Shown: positions 25,468-36,927 of the stretch, in pieces | How positions within the stretch are numbered: position 1 is the stretch's first letter | How the letters are laid out: each line of letters begins with the position of its first letter | DNA from: Dimargaris cristalligena | Taxonomy: Eukaryota | DNA: 64,000 bases | Direction of reading: 5' to 3' | Assembly: GCA_003614675.1 (NCBI GenBank) | Contig: ML002224.1 | Coordinates: 1 to 64,000 of the forward strand | Translations under genes and position numbers: made by a program | Notes under the pieces: model-generated | The model's input: the letters and a program-made list of their open reading frames with translations, nothing else | What the model was told of the DNA's origin: nothing | Database searches by the model: none

Positions 25468-28400
25468 ATCTGAATGAAAGCGGGGTTTCTGGGCTGTCCA
25501 AATCCCGGAGGCACACAGGTATCTAGTGATTCATCCCGATGATTGCAATGGTATGTTTACTATACCTATATCTCGGAGTGGTTGGTTTTTTGATGGCGAT
25601 TGCACGGCATCTGTGGTTGCTGATGGCCGCTTTCAATACTTTACTTTATTTCCCGCGCAGTCCTTAGACCTTTTGGTTTCTGCTTTATTACCGGGGCCTA
25701 ACTTCCCATTCATAAGAAAATGCACATATATGTAGCCAGCCAAATCCCAGAGGAAATATCTGTAGGCACACTTTTATAGGGGATTGTCTACTAAACTTGG
25801 TTGACTGCAGTGACTGGCTGGAGTGGATAGTTTAGACCGCGATCGGCGGGTAGTATTCAAAATACAGCGAGCGAGGCTACATTTGAATTGCAATATAATG
25901 AAATTAGAGCCAAATTGAAACCCCCCTCCTTCCCACGATTTGATGACCCCTATCCCAGAGGGCCCACCTTATTAACCGCTGCTTCCTTGAGGTGAATAGA
26001 GGTGGAGTAGGTTGCCGATTACTGCCTATTTCGGTCACTTGAAGAATAGAGCCGCTTCAATAAGCTCCATTGACCTTGGTCGACATAGTGGGGGAAGTAG
26101 ATTGGATAAAGGAAAGGGGCCCATTGCCCTAGTATTTGTGGAGGTATGACAATACTCACTGCACGCTTGAAACAAATACTATCCTATAACCTAGCCCATA
26201 TACAAGCCAACGGGACGGTGGAGGACCGAGTGGGGGAGCAGGCTTCGATTTCCTCTTCCCCACTTACAAGGGCAATCCTTCTACGGGGACAGTTCATGGA
26301 AGATACACAGTGGCAAGAAGAGGAGCACACCACCCACTGCCACTTTAATGAGAGAAGTGGTGGGTGGGGTAGGTAGGGTTAATCCTCGGCGGTGGTGGAT
26401 AGTGCCGAATACGGTGGTTGCGGCCATCCATTGGCCTTGCTCAATGGGGCTCTTCTTCATTACGGTATTTCCTGGCAGCTGTCGAGGGATACACCACCCC
26501 TCTTTCCTCAGTATTTATGGCAATCAAAGGAAGAGGAGTGTTTGGCTTGGCCCAGCCGAAGCTCCCAACAGATCTCTTTTCTTTGGCTTCCAGCCTGGTC
26601 TGCGAATATGCTACTTTTATTTTTAGCTGGGGTGCATTTCGGGGTTACTGAGATTTAATTACGGACTTGAACGAATCCCCCCCCTCTCTCTCTATACTTG
26701 GACCATAGCATCGCCCGGTGTACATAAAACCAACCCTTAGTAGTGGTAGGGCGAAAGAGGAGGGGGAGCGCGCGCCTTTCGCATCTATCATCTCCTGTCG
26801 GAATGTAAATATTGGCCCCTCTATCGAGCGATCAGTGAGAGGTAGGGTGCGGCAGGTATGCCTACCAACCCTACATGCACCTTTGCTTAGACCCATGGAA
26901 TAAACCCGCTCCCCCTCACCTGTTGTTACTCTATAGAGCAACACACCTTATACTTCTACCTGCTCTAGGTTCCCCTCTCCCTGCCTTTTCTTTCAAAAAA
27001 GTAATAATACTATGGAAATTGGTTAGTCGTTGGGGGGCTCTTTTGAACCGGACCCCCTCCTAATGGAATTACTAGGGTTGTTTTGTTCGTGATTACCGAA
27101 CGTCACTTCGAAGCAAAGCAGCATACCTCCAGACATATCGGTGTTTGTATATGAATGTATGCGGAGCTACAACGGTCTTTCTTTTACTCTCTCTTACCAA
27201 CCCCATGATCAACGCAGGCAGTTGTGGCGGGGATGCGCTGGAGGCGGAGGGGGACCAGTTGGCATCCCGTATGATCCGACACTGGTTCATTGTTGTGCAG
27301 CCCCGCTGTCCGCGGTCGCCAAAAGGCATACACCGCTTAACTCTGTCTCGACAAGCTACTCAAATAGATGCTACGGCGGCCCAAAGGGTGGTATCATTTC
27401 TAGGGAGAGGAGGGATATGCTACGTAACAGGGGATCCCGCCAAGCTTAAAAAGCTGTATTGAACTAAATCGAAGCATGTCTTCTAAAACACTGAAATCAC
27501 TTACCAACCCCACCGAATCAGTCAGTGAACGGACGGGCAAATAAGGCTCAGATAGCATACAGATAGAGCGAAGAAGGATGAACCCCCCGCATCGAAGCCT
27601 AGCCAACAACACTTATACCTCTCCACAGCCCCACATTTTAAGTTCAAAATATATGCGCATTACCCCATAATGAAGCCATCATCATCAAGCTCCTCCTTCT
27701 CTTCCCGCCTGCTTTAGATTTAGCGAGTGGTGTGGTTAACTCCGCGTCCCCTTTTACCTCAGTCTCTCTTCCTCCTCTTTCCTTCCTTCAGTTAGTTCAG
27801 TTCGTTTCTTTTCTTCCGTCTTTTCAGTTTCCTCTCTTTCTTTATACCTTCTCCTAGTCTTCTACCATTCATTCTTCCTCGGTGCATTACTCGCGGCTTC
27901 TTGTGCTTAGACGTTTATAAAGGTTTGCAGCTTCTACTTTCTCTTCGGCTTCATAGAGACCCCGCTACCACCTTTGCCATCATCGGACCAGTTATATATA
28001 TATGTTTGTGCGTATATTTGGTGGCTCCTCTCTCTCTATTTCCCCACCGCTTTATTCAATTGTGACGAACACGCCCTCTCCACTTTACTCGCCATTGTAG
28101 GTTGCACGAACCTTTCGGTATTCCTACTTCCTCCTCCCTACCCCTCTTCTCTCCTTTTACCTTCAGGTGCGCTAAACCCTGACCAACTTTCCTGCCCCTG
28201 CTGCACTTCCAATCCACATTTAGCGATTTCTTCCCCGTTTCATAGCGGCCACTTGTGACCAACGACCATATTATACCTCCTCCATTCGTAGGTGTCGAGT
28301 ACCTCACTTTTTATCACTATTGGGATAAAGCATCATCCCGTGCTTAAGCCCTTCTCCATCTTGCCTTTTTTCATCTCTACTCTTCTTATCCATCCCATCG

Positions 28401-29198
28401 TTTATTATCTGGTACGTGTGGGACGCCTTGCACATTTATCCGTTTCCTAATTCTCGGTCGCTTGGCACTGCTCTGGCCATTGTCGACTATTCCCCTCTCT
28501 TCCTTCTCTCGTTGTTTTTTATACCCAGCCCTCGAGTATTTCCAGAATTCTATTTGCCGCTGCTAGGTTAATCCACCCACTTATCCTCCGCCTATTCTTC
28601 GTTTTATACCCACATCTCTATTATTGTACTTCCCCAACATATACTGCCCCCCACTAAAACTATTCTATAGGTAAGTTTTAGGATGTCTCTGAATTCACGT
28701 ACTCACACCTAGGTCCAACTCTCCCTGAAGATGGCTTCTAATTCCCAGCCCCCTAACCCCAGCATCGGCCCCAGCGAGCAAACCCGTTCATCGGCCCATC
28801 TGCGCTCTCCCTTTTGCCTCTGTGGGGAGTAACGGCTCCGCTAGGTTGGTCTGGTACTGGGCGGAGGGCTCTCGTTTGGATATTGAACTGAGGTTCCCAG
28901 CCGGACTCGGGGGCTGGTGAAGGTCTTATCGGCCTATTCACCACACTTTCCTTCAAAAGTTACTCCTCACTGTGCTCAATAGGGCTTCCCAATCTAGCAC
29001 GCAACTCTCTTGCTCTTATAACCAGAGTTGGTTAATGGGAAGCCCGATTAACCACCATCTGACATTCCTCGTTTCGGGCGTCCAGCCTTAGCCCCACCTA
29101 CACTATTGCGGTACCAGTCGACCACATAACTGACCCTCTCATCCCATTGCAATCTCTCTAACATTATTCACCTTCTCGAATCCAGGTAGCCTTCCGAA

Positions 29199-30104
29199 AT
29201 GCAAACTATCAAGTGCGTTGTTGTCGGGGACGGTGCCGTGGGCAAAGTAAGTTTAGGCGTCACCTGTTTTTCCTATAACTCAAGTCGGTATTAGCTTCTC
29301 TATTACACTCTCGATTTAAAGGGCACTACCTAATACACCCCCCCCCTGCGCTTGAACTCTCACTTTTACTTTTCTTCCCTAGACTTGTCTGCTCATCTCG
29401 TACACCACCAACAAATTTCCTTCCGAATACGTGCCTACGGTAAGTAATTAGGATAATTAACGACATACACCTTTAGTATGCCCTGGCCGATACATGGGCA
29501 TTAAATACACAGTCGGGTAGCACGGGGCCGATGGGCGTGGTTCTACTCTAATTCGGGTTCAGCTTTTATTCCCTGACTAACCCATGTTTAGCCGAGTTCG
29601 CTGTATTATCTTACCTGTTTAACCTACCCGTAGGTTTTTGACAATTATGCTGTTACCGTGATGATCGGTGAAGAGCCCTACACGCTCGGTCTCTTTGATA
29701 CGGCCGGTCAAGAGGATTACGATCGCCTCCGCCCGCTTTCTTATCCCCAGACTGACGTGTTTCTCGTATGTTTCTCCGTGACATCCCCCGCCTCGTACGA
29801 AAACGTTCGCGAAAAGTGGTTCCCCGAGGTCCACCATCACTGCCCCGGTGTCCCCTGCCTGATTGTCGGTACCCAGATCGATTTACGGGATGACCCGACG
29901 GTGGTTGAGAAACTAGCACGCCAGCGGCAGCGTCCCATCACGCTGGACCAGGGCCAACGCCTGGCCAACGATCTCCAGGCGGTCAAGTATGTTGAATGCT
30001 CGGCGCTTACCCAACGCGGCCTCAAGAATGTCTTTGACGAAGCCATTGTCGCTGCCCTAGAGCCCCCGATATCCAAGAAAAAACAAAAGTGCCTATTGTT
30101 GTAG
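29199..30104 (+). CDS. CDC42: Rho-family GTPase Cdc42 (3 coding exons, 191 aa)
   Basis: Exons 29199-29246 ([16 protein letters not shown]), 29383-29439 ([19 protein letters not shown]), 29634-30104 ([12 protein letters not shown]...[18 protein letters not shown]...[13 protein letters not shown] box). Confidence 0.98.
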
Positions 30105-31960
30105 ATTTCTTATTTCCTCTTCTATTCTCCCCCCTTCCGCGTGGGTTTATCAATGCCATTTTTAACTGTTCTTTCACCCTATACATTGCCAGGCTGGTTC
30201 GGTGGTCGCGCTTCATCACCAGTCTTCCCGCCATCATTTGTTTCTCCCTCTCATTTATCCTCTCCATCTATACCCCTATATTGTTTCTAAATGATTATCA
30301 ATTCTATTCATATTAATTGCTTCCATCTAGTTTGATCTAGGGGGGAGAATGGGGGAGGGAGAGGGTGAGAAGGTAGCACCTTATGATCCGCCACTGGCAT
30401 GATTACTAAATTTTGCACACTATTACCATTCCTTTTTATTGTTTTTGTTTGCCATTTTATTATGAAACGTGTTAGGGGAAGGTATTTATCATTTCCTGGC
30501 ACCCCTCTAACTACCCCTTCCGTATTATTCTATATTTCATCGCGCTCTAAATCCCCGGGCGGTTGATGCTGCTTCGCTTTAATATGTATTGGGACACCAT
30601 ACCACTCGTATTTTATTTATTATCCTTTGTGCCTTCTTTCGTTGTTTTCGATTTGCTCGCTTCTTGGGGAGTTTTATTTTTATTTTCTACAAATAGGTGT
30701 ACTGCTTTTCGACGTTGCTACTCGCACTTCTTTTCCCGTTCACGAACGCTGGTCTACCTACTACATTCCTCTTTGCAAACATGGCTTTTTAGGGGGTCAC
30801 ACCGTATTAACCCTCCCCTTCCCTCGTCTTTCGATCGCAGTAGCCATCGTTATCGATTCATTTCTTGGTTTTTCTTTTTCGTTTTGCTTAGTTGCCCAAC
30901 TTGCTTATTCTTCACATAGTCCAAGCACCTTTTATACCCCGCCGCACTACACCCATCACCTTTTCTTCTTTTATAACCCCCACATCAGTGAGTGGGGTCG
31001 ATATTGCAGTGTATCCGTTCTTGTTTATCCAACCTCTCCAACCTTTCTTACCCTGCAATTTCCGGGGGATATGAGCTATTGAATTGAATTGAAATGGAAA
31101 TTGAATTATCTCGCCTTTTCCCATGGCCTACAATCTATCAGTCGGCCACATCAACTTCCTCATAAATCCCACCCTTAATCATTGATATGGGCAGGGGTTG
31201 GATTTGATGAATCTAAGCAGCATTCCTAAGGGGGGGGGGGTGTTATGAAGGCGACCAAACCATCGGGATGGCAAAAGAGGGACTAGGGCAAGGAATGCCT
31301 GGTATGTGTAGTTGCTGGATAGGTAGGTAGGTGTAGTTGGTATCGAAAGGAGATTACTGGAATGATAGGGAGCGGGAATGTTTTATCGGGTACGATTCGA
31401 ACCAATAGGGAATACGTTTATTGGAGGGAGAGAGTATTTCGTAATAAGCTGGGGGTGATGTGTGTGGTGATGGGGAAGAGTATGGCAGGGAGAAGTGTGG
31501 CCAATAGTAGGGACGATGGCTATCGGGTCTTATCAGGCAGAGCGGTAAGAATGAGGGCCATTACGTTTTCCCCGCTGAAGCATATTATTGTCAGTGCCAG
31601 TGTGTGTCAGCCCATTGTCGTACGATATTGTCACTCACGTCTTCTCCCCAGTTGCTTGAACAGCGGCGGGAGTGGTCGTTTGGGGAAAGGGTGGGTCATC
31701 TTTTACTACTCTACTCTACTCTGCTCACCACCACCACACCCATAGTACACCAGACAGACCACGGGCCGCTGGTTGGACATTCCCATCTGTCTATAGAGTT
31801 TTTCTGAGCATTCCTCAACTTCGTTGTCTTTCATAATAGCTTGCCTTGTGGATACTATAAATCTTCTTTCGTATTAGAGACTCCTCCAGGTTTAATTCAC
31901 ACTGTTCTATTTATTTAAAACCCCCTTTTGCCTTCCAGCACCCCTTGCCATAGTCTCACC

Positions 31961-33482
31961 ATGTTGTTCCGAGCCGTTTCGATCGCCTCTGCCAAAGCCT
32001 CCGCCGCGCGTCTGACTCCCCAGGTATGAACCTGTAACGACACTTACCCCATTCTCAGTATTACACGCACACCCATATACACACACACATATATATATAT
32101 ATACATACTCTACATTGGTTCGGAGTTAGATCTCCATTGGGATTAGACCCCCAATGCAATTCCTCATTACTTGAATCCAAGCCAGCTCCTTTGGTCTGAA
32201 GTGAAGTTGGGAAGAATCCCCAGCCCAGTGACTGCCCAATGAAGGTTTCAAGCGGTGTCCCAGACCAATCACATACTAATGAACGATCTCTTTACGACCT
32301 GTCCTTCACTTACTTCCCTGCCATCCACATGAACCTATCCCCTAGACCGCCCGTGCCTTCAGCACCACCCAGCTCCAGCGGACCTCCGCCGGGGCCGACG
32401 ACGAGGTCTTCACCTTCCAACTCCCCCCCACCTCCTTCGAGTCCGTGAAGGTTGAGAACCCCTCCTTCGAGGTCTCCTACACCCGCGCGGAACTGGTGAA
32501 GATGTACGAAACTATGACCGAAGTGCGTCGCCTGGAAATGAGCGCCGACGGTCTGTACAAGGCCAAAATGATCCGGGGGTTCTGCCACCTGTGCACGGGC
32601 CAGGAAGCCGTACCCATTGGGATTGAGTCCGCCATCACCGCGGAAGACGCCGTCATCACGGCCTACCGTTGCCACGGGTTCACCTTCACCCGGGGGGGCA
32701 CTGCCGTCAGCATCCTGGCCGAACTGATGGGCCGCCGTGCCGGTATTTCCGGCGGCATGGGTGGTTCCATGCATATGTTCACCCCCAATTTCTTCGGGGG
32801 GAACGGTATCGTGGGGGCCCAGGTACCCTTGGGTGCCGGTCTGGCCTTTGCCCAGAAGTACCAGAACAAGCAGGCCGTAACCTTAGCCCTCTACGGTGAC
32901 GGTGCGTCCAACCAGGGCCAGGTGTTCGAAGCCTTCAACATGGCCAAACTGTGGGACCTGCCCGTGATCTTCGTGTGCGAAAACAACAAGTACGGTATGG
33001 GTACCAGCGCCAACCGGTCCAGCGCCAACACCGAATACTTCAAGCGCGGCGACTACATCCCCGGTATCAAGGTGAACGGCATGGACGTGCTCGCCGTCCA
33101 GGAGGCCACCCGTTTTGCCCGTCAGTACGCCCTCGACGGCAAAGGTCCCCTCATCCTGGAACTGGCCACCTACCGTTACGGCGGTCACTCCATGTCCGAC
33201 CCCGGTACCACTTACCGGACCCGTGAGGAAATCCAGCACATGCGGTCCACCAACGATCCCATCACCGGCCTGAAACAGCGGTTGTTGGAACATAACGTCA
33301 TTGACGAGGCCGGGCTCAAGAAAATCGATAAGGAGGCCCGCGCCCGCGTGGACGAGGCCGTGCAGGAAGCCAAGGCGTCCACTCTCCCGGACGACAGTAT
33401 GCTGTGGAACGGAATTTACGCCAAGGGATCCGAACCCGCCACCCTCCGCGGCCGTGATGCCGAGGAAGTCCACCACTTCTAA
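31961..33482 (+). CDS. PDA1: Pyruvate dehydrogenase E1 alpha subunit, mitochondrial (2 exons, ~399 aa)
   Basis: Exon 31961-32023 encodes the presequence MLFRAVSIASAKASAARLTPQ; intron 32024-32345; exon 32346-33482. Motifs IRGFCHLCTGQEAV, LYGDGASNQGQ, TYRYGGHSMSDPGTTYRTREEIQ. Confidence 0.97.
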
Positions 33483-33967
33483 AGAACTCGCTAATTTTTG
33501 GGGGGTTAGATGAGGGGAGGGGAGGTGGATGGAGAGCAGATGAAATGGAGTATTCTTTATAGTTTATCATCATCTCCCATAGCGATTACTAATAAAGTAA
33601 CCAAGGGTGTGGTGATGGGCCGGATAAAATGGACCTGCCTGTTAAAGCACCGCACCTTCGCTTCTATCCATTCCCTTCAAACTCCCCTCACCCGCCTTTT
33701 TGGACCCCGTTTTGCTTCAATTAGTTCTCTATACATAAATATACCTCACCTTCTCCCTCTATCTCTTTCTTTCAATCTTTCATTTATAATGCGAATCATT
33801 TGGGATGGAGTTGGAACTTACTTCTATAGGCTCGACTCTTTCTCTCTTTTTCCTTCTAACCAGCCCCACCACTATTTATATAAATATCGTTGGAAGAATA
33901 ATAAATTAGTTTTCAATTTCTTTTAAATGCCGTATTTCCTAATGGGGGTGGGCTTTGTTGTATATTT

Positions 33968-34095
33968 GGGAGAGGTTCAACCAGGCTGTATAACGACGAA
34001 ATATCCATAGTACAAGGCGAAAATTACTGGTTAGAAACGAGTCTCCCATACACATGTCATTTTTAAACGTTATACAGCTGCGCTGAATTTCATGC
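33968..34095 (-). mobile_element. MITE copy (diverged, reverse orientation)
   Basis: gggagaggttcaaccaggctgtataacg...ttatacagctgcgctgaatttcatgc; flanks ATTT / ATAT are a one-mismatch duplication. Confidence 0.75.
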
Positions 34096-34972
34096 ATATC
34101 CTAAAACTAAATTTACTAGACTAGGGAATGCATGTCGGTGGGGTAATTTATTTTCTACAGCTGGCCGCTTCTACTGCGTGTATTTAGGGTCCCAGCGTTA
34201 AATGTTTTACTACTCCAACTGCATAGTGAATATAGCCTGTTGTACTCGTCTCCTCTATGGGGGTGAAAAATAGGGAGGGAATTGTATTGTTGCGGACTAA
34301 AAGGAATACATGGGTACGCCGTGTCTCCATGAGTTATTGGTATGGAAATGCCAAACGAAAGGAGCGTCCCCAGCCTAGGGGGTGGTGGTAGTTGTGCGTT
34401 TAGATACCAGCCAACGGGGACCAAGTTTCCCGTCCCACACACAGGTTGTTACACTCTTCATTGCACTAGCCTGTTACATTATACTATTTGATTGATGGAT
34501 AGGTAGGCATCGGAGAGCCCCCCAGCCTTTACCATAGGTTCAATGGGAACTTGTATTCATTTTTCATTTTTCTTCCATTAAACTGTACTGTGAAATTCTT
34601 TTGTTGAACCACAAATCGGGGAGCAAACCACTAAACAGCTATTAGGAACAAGGCTGATTGAACGTTGAGGCAGGTCCACCGCCATCGAGCATGCATCAGT
34701 GGGTGGCCTTTCCGCCCGAGTTGAGCTTAGGCCAGTCTATATATAGCGAGCATCCCAACGGGTATATAGCATGGCCCTCGCCGATAAACTAAAGTAGCAC
34801 CCCTATTTTTATTTATATGTTGCCCTCTATAAATACCTGGCATTGTCCTCCCCTTTTACCCCCAAATAAACCCTACTTCGCCCTGCCTATATCCCTTCCC
34901 ATTTCATCAGCCACTCTATTTCTACCTCACCCCCTACCGTTTAACAACTGGGGGTTTTTTTCGGTCTCAAGA

Positions 34973-35995
34973 ATGGTTCAAAATTCCACGCGGGTAACTC
35001 TCTCCTGGGTGTGGTTGTTAGCCGTATCTGCTAATTCGGCGTGGGCCGCCAACTCATTTGAAACCAAGTACCCCGGCCCGAGCACCCCGGCTGATGCCAT
35101 CATATCCTGGACCTCAAGCCGCACGTATAACGAACGTACTGGTACTGTCCATTACGGACCTTTCGAGTATCCGGCCCTTCCGTTCACCCCCAACGACCAC
35201 CATGGTGAGACAGCTGCACCACCACGTATGAACGGGGAAACGCCCTCGCCATTCCGGGACTCTCCATCGGCGCTGGGTGAACCCACGAACCCCTCCCCTA
35301 ACTCCGTAGGAAACGACTTGGAAATCATTGAGTATGTCCATGCTCCCCCAGCTACACCTAACAGTAATTCCATGGACGACACCCCCCATGGGCAGGCCCA
35401 CACGGATAATAAGCAATGGCTAACCTGGAAGCTACTGTCTGGTGCCATTATTGATCAACGTATTATATTGAAAGAGAAGTCCGCCAAACTTAGCGACAAG
35501 TATTGTAGGGATCTCTCGGACCTGGCCTTTAAGAAATACCCCCACGCTTTATATCTCCCAAGCGATGGGGGCAGAGCGATTAACGAGTGGAGTAGAATAG
35601 AACCGACTATTATAAACATTCGAAGGCATATAAGCAAACTTCAATTAGGGCTGGCGACTAAATATAAGTATACTCATTCCTTTGAAACTTTACTGGGTCG
35701 GTTTATTACAATCAACATATCGTTGTTAACCCGGCCCTCCTTCATATACAGCCTTTGGTATGACCCCGCGGACAAAAAAATTCATTACCAGGCATTTACC
35801 AATAAGCATGGTGGTTACGACTGTGATGCACTTGTGAAGGGCGACCAAACCCTTGGTAACAGGGTGATGATCACAGCTATCCCATTGACCAAAACGTGGG
35901 CTGAAATAAATCATCGGATTCGGCGTGCTGTTCAAATAGCCAATAGGGAGCCCTATATTATCTTCAAAACGACCACTTCCAATCCCAGCCACTAA
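34973..35995 (+). CDS. Hypothetical secreted protein (~340 aa, intronless)
   Basis: Long ORF. The ATG at 34973 gives a signal-peptide-like MVQNSTRVTLSWVWLLAVSANSAWA. TATAAATA at ~34828 lies downstream of the ORF-track ATG at 34817, which favours the later start. No family recognised. Confidence 0.7.
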   Translation: MVQNSTRVTLSWVWLLAVSANSAWAANSFETKYPGPSTPADAIISWTSSRTYNERTGTVHYGPFEYPALPFTPNDHHGETAAPPRMNGETPSPFRDSPSALGEPTNPSPNSVGNDLEIIEYVHAPPATPNSNSMDDTPHGQAHTDNKQWLTWKLLSGAIIDQRIILKEKSAKLSDKYCRDLSDLAFKKYPHALYLPSDGGRAINEWSRIEPTIINIRRHISKLQLGLATKYKYTHSFETLLGRFITINISLLTRPSFIYSLWYDPADKKIHYQAFTNKHGGYDCDALVKGDQTLGNRVMITAIPLTKTWAEINHRIRRAVQIANREPYIIFKTTTSNPSH

Positions 35996-36085
35996 ATTAA
36001 TATTACTATTGCTTGTGACTATTTAGGGCCCGCGTTGGCCACCACCGTTGAATTTCGAGGCCTTACTTGTTTTCTAAATAAAGAT

Positions 36086-36221
36086 GGGTGAAGTTCAGCT
36101 TGGTTGTATAAGGTTTTAACCAATATGTATATGGGAAAATTGGTGGGATGTTTATTTCCAACCAGTAGTATTTGCCTCATCAAATGGATTTTTCATTATA
36201 CAGCCTTATTGAACTACTCCC
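36086..36221 (+). mobile_element. MITE copy, full length, AGAT target duplication
   Basis: agat|gggtgaagttcagcttggttgtataa...ttatacagccttattgaactactccc|agat; imperfect TIRs of ~26 bp. Confidence 0.88.
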
Positions 36222-36373
36222 AGATGGTCGAGAAAAAATTAATTCACCTGGTTACAGCCACGCTGTTGGATTCACTGGAAGTATGCTACTAGATATTATG
36301 CTCTATAACTATTTAAATATAATCGTATATAAAGCCCTCCAGTATACTATGCCTGATTGTTAGAAGTAGATAT

Positions 36374-36450
36374 GGGAGATTTATTTTCAACCAGTAATAT
36401 TCACATCATTCTACGGATTTTTCGTTATACAGCTTGGTTGAACCTCTCCC
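36374..36450 (+). mobile_element. Short (77-bp) MITE derivative
   Basis: atat|gggagatttattttcaaccag...ttatacagcttggttgaacctctccc|atat; corresponds to the right half of the full element. Confidence 0.75.
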
Positions 36451-36454
36451 ATAT

Positions 36455-36592
36455 GGGTGAAATTCGGCCCCGCTGTATACGGTTTTAATTGATATGTGTA
36501 TGGGAAAATATATAGAACATATATGTTTTCAACCGGTACTGATTGCCTTGTCTAACGGATTTTTTGTTAGACAGCCCAGTTGACCTTCTCCC
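36455..36592 (+). mobile_element. MITE copy, full length, ATAT duplication shared with the preceding copy
   Basis: atat|gggtgaaattcggccccgctgtatac...ttagacagcccagttgaccttctccc|atat. Confidence 0.85.
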
Positions 36593-36927
36593 ATATCAAA
36601 GATGGTATATTTATTAATCAGTCTATTGTCCCTGGTCAAATAAATAACAGAGAACAAATACATAAACATATTATAAAAAGCGGCTGCATATATTCACAAA
36701 TAAGCCAGGCTTGAACATGGGTTATTGGAAAGTATAGTCAGAAGAAATGGATAAGGAAAAGTAATCTAAGGGTTTAGGCAACCCTGCAATATACACAACC
36801 ACATATACTCCCTATTTAACTAAATGGACAGCTAGGTAGGCAAGCCAGTAGGTGAATGATCTCCTATCATCCCTAACCTAAACGGCAACCCCGGCCAAAC
36901 ACACACACACAACAAAATAAGACTCGA

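Noticed and set aside
22433..27650. Many 60-105-aa ORFs in the long SFC1-CDC42 gap; also in 1-2500, 7500-11400 and 46300-49400
   Set aside because: No recognisable motifs, codon bias or coherent exon chain; small or non-coding genes cannot be excluded without RNA data.
34817..34972. 52-aa N-terminal extension of the orphan ORF
   Set aside because: It overlaps a TATA box and a pyrimidine-rich leader; the signal peptide is N-terminal only from ATG 34973.
36086..36592. Clustered repeats superficially like a CRISPR array
   Set aside because: Units are 77-138 bp with TIRs and target duplications, are dispersed elsewhere, and the context is eukaryotic with no cas genes.
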